The notes beneath the pieces are model-generated. The model ran no database searches and was not told the origin of the DNA. It saw only the letters and a list, made by a program, of their open reading frames with translations. The translations under genes and the position numbers were made by a program. From the IMG/VR virus record IMGVR_UViG_3300042010_000106, positions 1 to 64,000 of that record: DNA of 64,000 nt; one strand, written 5' to 3'. Positions 58,078-64,000 of the stretch are shown in pieces (position 1 is the stretch's first letter; each line of letters opens with the position of its first letter).

Positions 58078-58422
58078 ATGACCATCGTTGTAATGATCCA
58101 CAATCGTACACGCGCCACCACAAAATTTCTTGGCATGGTCGAAGGCTATCTGTGCGACGTTGATACGTTGACCGACGCCCATATCTATCCAGCACTTTAT
58201 AAAGCGCATGAGGAAGTGCGCGAATTCCTGAATCGCCCGAATGTTCAAATGGGTGAACGCACAGTGCTTGACCCGGTTATCAGTAACGTCAGCAATTTGA
58301 TTCCCGGCGCATACAACGAAGTCGATTTTGAGTTTTGCGAATTGAGCCTGAAACACACCGGGACAATTATTGCAGCCATCGACGAATCCGAATCCGTTCC
58401 AAGATCCCAAATTATTAGTTGA
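58078..58422 (+). CDS. hypothetical protein
   Basis: AGGAGG SD. Confidence 0.75.
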   Translation: MTIVVMIHNRTRATTKFLGMVEGYLCDVDTLTDAHIYPALYKAHEEVREFLNRPNVQMGERTVLDPVISNVSNLIPGAYNEVDFEFCELSLKHTGTIIAAIDESESVPRSQIIS

Positions 58423-58433
58423 GGTATTCCACC

Positions 58434-58913
58434 ATGATGTTTGCAATCCACGTGACAGGCATTCCAATGTTGGCACTCGGCGCCGTTTCGGGCGCGTGCT
58501 TAAACGGACTCATGACTTCGGTGTGTTCCGAAGCTGGTTACGAAGTGGGAGGCGGCAATCACATTTTGCAGAACGGCGGCAAAGTTGAATTGACTGCTGA
58601 AGACTGCATTCGTGTTGTCGAGGTTTGGCAGGATTTGCAAATCGACGAATCCGATGCGATGGAAATTTTCGCGTCCTTGAAACATTGTGGGTTGTCCGGC
58701 GCCGATTGGGAATTCCACGTGTTCCCTGAAAAACAGGAGCTGGAAGAAATCAAAGAAGCGCGCACCATGGCTGTTCATTACTCCGACGATCTAGACGATC
58801 AAATGGACACTCTCAATAAACAAATGGAAGCACTGCATAACAAACAGCGTGCGGCATTGCGTAGTTGCGCACGTCTCGATCAAATGGTTCGCGATAGGAG
58901 TCCGTCGAAATGA
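58434..58913 (+). CDS. hypothetical protein, C-terminal coiled coil
   Basis: GAGGT SD. Confidence 0.7.
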   Translation: MMFAIHVTGIPMLALGAVSGACLNGLMTSVCSEAGYEVGGGNHILQNGGKVELTAEDCIRVVEVWQDLQIDESDAMEIFASLKHCGLSGADWEFHVFPEKQELEEIKEARTMAVHYSDDLDDQMDTLNKQMEALHNKQRAALRSCARLDQMVRDRSPSK

Positions 58914-59395
58914 ATGGTATCAATATGCGTTTTGGTATCAGCATGGACGGCGGGCCAATGATTCACGTAGGCAACGCCGGGAACCTTCAAAGCGGAATGA
59001 TTGAACTGGCCGCGAAGATTTTGAAGCGCGACCTGCACGCGGCTTTCACCATTGGTGGCGTGTGGAAGTTTGAACCAGAACAAGCACACAAGTTTTTCGA
59101 CAAAGCCAAAAACATGAGCATGGGGAATAAAGATTCTGCCATGTTCTGGTCGTCGATGATTCACGCAAGCACGCACAACACGTGGTGCCGTATTTCGTTC
59201 TTCGATCCACGTTACGAAATCGGCTACCTGCAAGATGCGTTGGAACAAAGCCAGCGTGACGCAGCGAACGCCAACGATACAGAGCGCCATTTGAAAGAGG
59301 CGGCGTTCATTGCGCAAAAGGAACGTGAAGCTGCACAGCGCCACATTGACCGCCTGCGTACTGCACTGGAGGCAAAACGAAATGAATCTGTTTGA
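58910..59395 (+). CDS. hypothetical protein, C-terminal coiled coil
   Basis: AGGAG SD. Confidence 0.7.
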   Translation: MNGINMRFGISMDGGPMIHVGNAGNLQSGMIELAAKILKRDLHAAFTIGGVWKFEPEQAHKFFDKAKNMSMGNKDSAMFWSSMIHASTHNTWCRISFFDPRYEIGYLQDALEQSQRDAANANDTERHLKEAAFIAQKEREAAQRHIDRLRTALEAKRNESV

Positions 59396-59603
59396 GAAAA
59401 TGGATTACGCGCCGACGCTAAAGCAAAAGCTGCAAGGCGAAACCAATCTGGAGTTCATGCCGTATCACGTGCGCGTACCGGGCCGACAAAGTTTTCGGCA
59501 TACGTCGTACATGTCTACGGCGGAACACGTGAAAGCGAACAAGGCGAAAGCCAAACGCAAATCCGAAAAGAAAGCGCGTAAGCAATCTCGCTCACGCAAA
59601 TAA
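59382..59603 (+). CDS. small protein with basic C-terminal tail
   Basis: GGAGG SD. Confidence 0.7.
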   Translation: MNLFEKMDYAPTLKQKLQGETNLEFMPYHVRVPGRQSFRHTSYMSTAEHVKANKAKAKRKSEKKARKQSRSRK

Positions 59604-59614
59604 GGAGAAACACC

Positions 59615-60337
59615 ATGTACCAATTAGATTCTACGGCCTACTGGTTTTTGATCGCCTGCGCCGCCGTGCTGTTCTACAAAATCATTATCCCGGCAAGCTG
59701 GAAATTCGGCGTGGTGTTTATCCGCACCGTGTTCATGTTTCTGGAAGCCAAGGAAAACGATTTCCCGCTGTGGCCTGTTTTGCGTGCGCTGCCTAAAACG
59801 TTGTGGCGTGTGTGGCGAGCAGATTTGAACACCTGCTACGATTACACGGATGTATGCCGTTTCAATTACCGCACCGGCAAGTTCGAAAGCATGCTGACCA
59901 TGGATCACGAATGGTTGAACACGCTCGCGCTTTTGATTCGGCGCGGCCAAAAGAAATTCACGCTGACATTCCCGGCTGCAATTACTTCGTGGCTGGTGAA
60001 CAAAGACGAACGCGTCACGTTGAATTTCAATATCCGCTCAATGCGCTTTCTCGACGCCACCGCAAACGTGCTGATGATTTCGGAAACCAAGCACGCAGGC
60101 ATTGACGGTTTGATTGGGCATTCGCTGCAACAATTAATTCGCGTGCTGGAGCATTACGCACCGGATGTTTTTGCAGTCGTGGTAGAAACGCCGTTGGGTG
60201 TGGTTTCTCACATTTCAACTTTGGAAGCCGAAGAGGTTTTCATCAAAGGCAAGGCGCACCAGTTGTTCGTAATCAACACGGTGACTGTCGCGCCAAAGAA
60301 AACACACCTTGAATTGGTACGCGGCCATGGTCACTAA
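59615..60337 (+). CDS. membrane-anchored hypothetical protein
   Basis: AAGGAG SD; N-terminal TM. Confidence 0.75.
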   Translation: MYQLDSTAYWFLIACAAVLFYKIIIPASWKFGVVFIRTVFMFLEAKENDFPLWPVLRALPKTLWRVWRADLNTCYDYTDVCRFNYRTGKFESMLTMDHEWLNTLALLIRRGQKKFTLTFPAAITSWLVNKDERVTLNFNIRSMRFLDATANVLMISETKHAGIDGLIGHSLQQLIRVLEHYAPDVFAVVVETPLGVVSHISTLEAEEVFIKGKAHQLFVINTVTVAPKKTHLELVRGHGH

Positions 60338-60614
60338 ATATTTGGTACGGAATGCAATCAACCAACGGCCAACCGCAAAGCACGAACACTTTGTTAGCGA
60401 CACGCTTATGACCGCCGCGTTAAACGATTTGAAACGTGACGGTTACGAACGCGTATACGCTCTTATGGTTCGTGTACGGGATATGCCACCGGGCGCCGCT
60501 ATTGTGTTCGACCTGAGCGAGCGTAAGTGTCTACGGATCGCCCACGGGTGCAGCTACGACACACAGCGCCTAATAGGGCCGCTGCTGGGCTACGGGACTA
60601 TCTCAAGGGCTTGA
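60327..60614 (+). CDS. hypothetical protein
   Basis: overlapping tiling ORF. Confidence 0.6.
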   Translation: MVTKYLVRNAINQRPTAKHEHFVSDTLMTAALNDLKRDGYERVYALMVRVRDMPPGAAIVFDLSERKCLRIAHGCSYDTQRLIGPLLGYGTISRA

Positions 60615-60701
60615 CAGGGTTTGTGGGCGCAGTACAATGAAATCCAACACGGACACACTGTGCCCGCGATTCCTACCATCACGTACAAAGGTAAGTTTCC
60701 C
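60611..60701 (+). promoter_or_regulatory. sigma70-type promoter + divergent leader, copy 5
   Basis: TTGACA-16-TACAAT-5-CCA, 5' hairpin, TCACGTACAAAGGTAAGTTTCCCATG. Confidence 0.8.
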
Positions 60702-61340
60702 ATGACTACTCAAACTCGTTCGGAAGAGCTGAAAGACTTTATCGCCAAAGCAAAAACGCAAGTTGCTTACGGTTTGGTTCCGCAAACGGAAATCGACCGT
60801 TGGGAAGCGGAATTGAAATACACCGTTTCCGCTGGCGGTTACGAAGGCGACGGTGAAATCTCCACGGATTACATCGACAGCTTTGCAACCATCGAAGACG
60901 CGATGGCGGCAAACAGGAAATACGGTTCGGATCAACCGTGGTCGCGAATCGAATTGCGCGATGGCGAATTCATTTACGAAATCGAACCGGTGCGAATTAT
61001 GCGCCGCGATCCTACAACGGGTTTCTTCAATCGTTGTTCGGATGATGGCAGCGTAATTGTCGATCACTATCGCAGCGACGATAAAGACGACAATGCAGAA
61101 ACGCCGTCCGAGTTTGAAATCGAAGACGCTATCGGGCAACTGAATAGCGTGCACTCGCACAATGACCTGATGCTGATTCTTTCCGGCTTCCCAATGGACA
61201 TTATTCGGCGCATGGCAGAAGTGCAGGAGCTAAACGACGAAGACCATTTGCAAAGCTGCGATCAACTCGCAATGGAACTGGACAAGGGCGAACTGGCCGA
61301 CCTGCTACGTGAAAGCGCGGAACACTGCGGCTACTGCTAA
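60702..61340 (+). CDS. hypothetical early protein (shares a domain with 61412)
   Basis: first gene after promoter 5. Confidence 0.75.
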   Translation: MTTQTRSEELKDFIAKAKTQVAYGLVPQTEIDRWEAELKYTVSAGGYEGDGEISTDYIDSFATIEDAMAANRKYGSDQPWSRIELRDGEFIYEIEPVRIMRRDPTTGFFNRCSDDGSVIVDHYRSDDKDDNAETPSEFEIEDAIGQLNSVHSHNDLMLILSGFPMDIIRRMAEVQELNDEDHLQSCDQLAMELDKGELADLLRESAEHCGYC

Positions 61341-61352
61341 TCGACACAAAAC

Positions 61353-61383
61353 AACCCCGCCAAGTGCGGGGTTTGTCGGTAGT
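61353..61383 (+). repeat. intergenic hairpin+tail repeat E
   Basis: AACCCCGC-CAAGT-GCGGGGTTTGTCGGTAGT. Confidence 0.9.
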
Positions 61384-61411
61384 ATTGAACCAATCACAGG
61401 GAGTAAAGATT

Positions 61412-61660
61412 ATGACGACGTTCACGGTAACTGCTGGCAGCGTAGACGGTGTAGACCGCGACGTTCGCCATAACGAAAAGCACGACACGCTAGAAGATGC
61501 GCTAGCGGATTATGCGAAGCACGAACACATGGCGTGGCGCCGCATTGAATTGCGCGACGGCAAATTCATTTACGAAATCACGGCTAAGCGCATTCGCGTT
61601 AAGGACGGGATTTATTTCGTGGACTGTTCGCCTAGCGGTGAAGCAACCGTTTTCACGTGA
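61412..61660 (+). CDS. hypothetical protein (paralog of central domain of 60702)
   Basis: GGGAG SD; RIELRDG.FIYEI. Confidence 0.75.
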   Translation: MTTFTVTAGSVDGVDRDVRHNEKHDTLEDALADYAKHEHMAWRRIELRDGKFIYEITAKRIRVKDGIYFVDCSPSGEATVFT

Positions 61661-61670
61661 GGGCACGGCA

Positions 61671-62063
61671 ATGCAACTGATCAAACCTGTAGGCCGTTTC
61701 ATTCATCGCGGGTGTGACGAAAAAGACGGCCTGCTACTCGGCGCCGCTTTTATTGGCAACCCATTCAAGCCGAACACCGTTTACGAAATCGTAGACGTGC
61801 TGGGCGAATTGACCGTTCGTGAAGTCGGCCAAAGTTTTATCCGTGGTACAGATGAACCGCGTCACGGTCTAGTTGGTGAAACGTGGGGATCATCGGTTGA
61901 ACAGCTAATGACCGAACACGGCCCCGCGTTGATTCTGACGCGTGAAGAATACGCGCAGATTTTGTACCAGCGCCGCCGCGAAACACTGATCAAAGAATAT
62001 GGCGCCGACCAAGTTACCGAGTGGGAACTTGAAGGCAAAGATTTGAACGACATTCAGTATTGA
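61671..62063 (+). CDS. hypothetical protein
   Basis: GAGGG SD. Confidence 0.7.
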   Translation: MQLIKPVGRFIHRGCDEKDGLLLGAAFIGNPFKPNTVYEIVDVLGELTVREVGQSFIRGTDEPRHGLVGETWGSSVEQLMTEHGPALILTREEYAQILYQRRRETLIKEYGADQVTEWELEGKDLNDIQY

Positions 62064-62074
62064 GGGAAATCGAA

Positions 62075-62422
62075 ATGAGCAATGACGCTTATTTTCAAAA
62101 GAAGTGGGAAGAGTGCCAAAGCAATTTGTGCACCGGCTGCGAATTCTGCAACAACTGCAAGCACGGCACCGACCACAATACGTGCGAAGAGTGCAACCCG
62201 CCTGTGGTGCATTTGTGCAAGCACGGCAACGGCGACGATTGCGAAACCTGCGAAGAAATCCAGCAGGCAAAAGACGACGCCGACGCGTACGAAGAATCGG
62301 AATGCGAACACGGTGTTTCCGGTAGCTGTTGGGATTGCGCGGCAGAAGACGACCGACTGGCGCAGCACGCTCGCGACCGTGACGATTGGAATCACTTTCA
62401 CCCTGTAGGAGATTCGGAATAA
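62075..62422 (+). CDS. Cys/His-rich acidic protein (repeated C.HG....C..C)
   Basis: GAGGG SD; motif repeated three times. Confidence 0.75.
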   Translation: MSNDAYFQKKWEECQSNLCTGCEFCNNCKHGTDHNTCEECNPPVVHLCKHGNGDDCETCEEIQQAKDDADAYEESECEHGVSGSCWDCAAEDDRLAQHARDRDDWNHFHPVGDSE

Positions 62423-62616
62423 TGATTTTTCTGGTCAACGATAAAACGCTGTGCAAAGCAGTGATTCACGGAACGGATGCCAGCGAAGAAATTGCAGCGG
62501 GCTACCGTGTGGTAACGACCGAGGAATGGGACGCGTTCAAAACCGGATCGCAACTGAAACGCGAAAAGGTGCAGAAGCCTATTTACAAGCAACGCGCCAA
62601 GAAAGAAAAGTCCTGA
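62422..62616 (+). CDS. hypothetical protein
   Basis: AGGAG SD, TAATG overlap. Confidence 0.65.
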   Translation: MIFLVNDKTLCKAVIHGTDASEEIAAGYRVVTTEEWDAFKTGSQLKREKVQKPIYKQRAKKEKS

Positions 62617-62623
62617 GCCGAAC

Positions 62624-62656
62624 TTCGTTGTGCATTCTTGCGAGTGCACAGCCGAG
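62624..62656 (+). other. putative RNase III processing hairpin
   Basis: TTCGTTGTGCA-TTC-TTGC-GAG-TGCACAGCCGAG. Confidence 0.55.
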
Positions 62657-62679
62657 ACAAAACACAGGAGCAACAAAAC

Positions 62680-63411
62680 GTGTCTGCAAAAACTAGCCTG
62701 CAAAAAGAAGCAGAGAAAACGCACAAACGCATTCTGACAATTCTGTCTGAACAGTTGGGCGTTAAGGAAACCGAGTTGTCGCTAGAAAGCACCATGGCAG
62801 ACCACGGCGGTGATTCCCTCGACGCTGTTGAAATCATCATGGCGCTTGAGGAAGAATTCGAAGTCGAAATCACCGACTGCGAAATGGACAAGATCAAAAC
62901 GCCGCGCCAAGTAGTCGCGTTGATTCTGCCAAAGATTCACCTGCCAAGTCTTTCGTTCGATGACGCGTATATAGCTGCCTCCGAGCTGGAAGACATAAAG
63001 CCAACGAAGAAAAAACCGGCAGATAAAAAACCAGCACTGAAGAAAGTGGTACTCGCTGACGGTGCAACGTTGGTTCCCGGCGAGTCACGCAAACGGCACC
63101 TCGACGATTTGTTCGAATACACCATGAGCGATTCCGCCATGATGGAATTCGTGAAAGCCTTCAACACGGTTTTCAGCAATTCGGAATCTGCTTACCTGTA
63201 CGCTAGCAGAACGCCGAACGACAGCGATGCGTGGCGGATTCAAATGACAACCCGTCTGTCTGGTGAAGCCGTGGACGCAATTGCGCGCTTTGTAGAAGAC
63301 GCCGGTTTCTCTTTCGTCAAATCCACCGAACACACGGTGCGATTGCACGGCAGTAACCACGTCGGCATTGTCACAGCGATTCACCTGTCACTGACAACGT
63401 ACGGCCTCTAA
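62680..63411 (+). CDS. acyl carrier protein domain fused to an unknown C-terminal domain
   Basis: ILSEQLGV.E.E..LES....GGDSLDAVEIIMALEEEFEVEI.D.E..KIKT (AcpP-like, DSL Ser intact); AGGAG SD, GTG start. Confidence 0.9.
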   Translation: MSAKTSLQKEAEKTHKRILTILSEQLGVKETELSLESTMADHGGDSLDAVEIIMALEEEFEVEITDCEMDKIKTPRQVVALILPKIHLPSLSFDDAYIAASELEDIKPTKKKPADKKPALKKVVLADGATLVPGESRKRHLDDLFEYTMSDSAMMEFVKAFNTVFSNSESAYLYASRTPNDSDAWRIQMTTRLSGEAVDAIARFVEDAGFSFVKSTEHTVRLHGSNHVGIVTAIHLSLTTYGL

Positions 63412-63422
63412 GGAAAGAAATC

Positions 63423-63758
63423 ATGGTTCGCGAAAAACTTTACATCGGCTCCAAAGTTATCGTCTGGAAAAACAAAAACACGTGGGACGACGACGCTGTA
63501 CAGTTCATGGTTCCTCAAACTGCAATTCTGTTTGAGCGCGACCGGGACACATTGTCTGACGACGGGTACGGCGAACACTACGGCGTACTGTTTTTGAACG
63601 ACGACGGCAGCGCCTCACATTTCGAATGGTGGGTTGAGGGTGACGAATGCGTGTTGGTCGATAACGAGCTGATCGCGAACCAAGATTTCATTTACGCAAA
63701 TCGCGGTTTGCTGGAAACGTGCGACGGCGAAGACGAACCGGACGAAGACGAATTGTAA
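63423..63758 (+). CDS. hypothetical acidic protein
   Basis: AAGGA SD. Confidence 0.7.
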   Translation: MVREKLYIGSKVIVWKNKNTWDDDAVQFMVPQTAILFERDRDTLSDDGYGEHYGVLFLNDDGSASHFEWWVEGDECVLVDNELIANQDFIYANRGLLETCDGEDEPDEDEL

Positions 63759-63787
63759 TCCACGAATTTTGCTAAGGACACATTGAC

Positions 63788-64000
63788 ATGACTATCAAAC
63801 TGAAAGATTTGCGCGCTCGCTTTCCGCAGTACCACGTAAACAAATCGGCCATCGGCGACGATTTCTGTTTCAGCATGAAAGGCATTCGCGCAGACGAAGC
63901 CGACTACGCGTACCTGTCGATTCGCAACAACGAATACAAAAGCGCAGCACGGCTTTTCCTGTTCCCAACGAAAAACAAACCGTGTGTTCCGTTCGCCGAA
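63788..64000 (+). CDS. hypothetical protein (runs off window end)
   Basis: AAGGA SD; no stop before 64000. Confidence 0.6.
   Translation, partial: MTIKLKDLRARFPQYHVNKSAIGDDFCFSMKGIRADEADYAYLSIRNNEYKSAARLFLFPTKNKPCVPFAE

Noticed and set aside
1-64000. Genome-wide TAG reassignment
   Set aside because: Genes tile fully under the standard code; only one candidate internal TAG was seen

Overview
The window is part of a large lytic myovirus (jumbo-phage-like) genome. Essentially all credible genes are on the + strand, tightly packed, with many ATGA/TAATG overlaps. 1-22 kb is a virion module: BRCT C-terminus of a probable NAD-dependent ligase, GT2-TPR glycosyltransferase, putative head proteins, prohead protease, acidic scaffold, major capsid protein, tail sheath, tube, T4 gp26/gp51-like pair, tape measure with two peptidoglycan-hydrolase domains, and baseplate genes. 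22-44 kb holds mostly small hypothetical genes plus dCTP deaminase, DUF1353, a metallophosphoesterase, a DprA/SLOG-like protein, an endolysin and a LytTR protein. 44-64 kb is an early/accessory region driven by sigma70-type promoters. Gene order recalls Lu11/PaBG/RSL1/Y3-type phages and the dcd looks Pseudomonas-like; both are inferences from memory, not searches. The most striking signals: (1) four near-identical and one divergent sigma70 promoter + ~55-nt leader cassettes with a covarying hairpin and a conserved ACTCACGG..AAGG.AAGTT block; (2) a family of intergenic hairpin + TTTGTCGGTAGT repeats; (3) covarying T7 R1.1-like hairpins; (4) an A_AAA_AAG -1 frameshift that would fuse two virion ORFs; (5) an acyl-carrier-protein fusion; (6) a tail-sheath C-terminal motif inside a non-structural protein; (7) a recurrent A-x-A/S motif in head proteins. 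No tRNA, rRNA, CRISPR array or mobile element was recognised.
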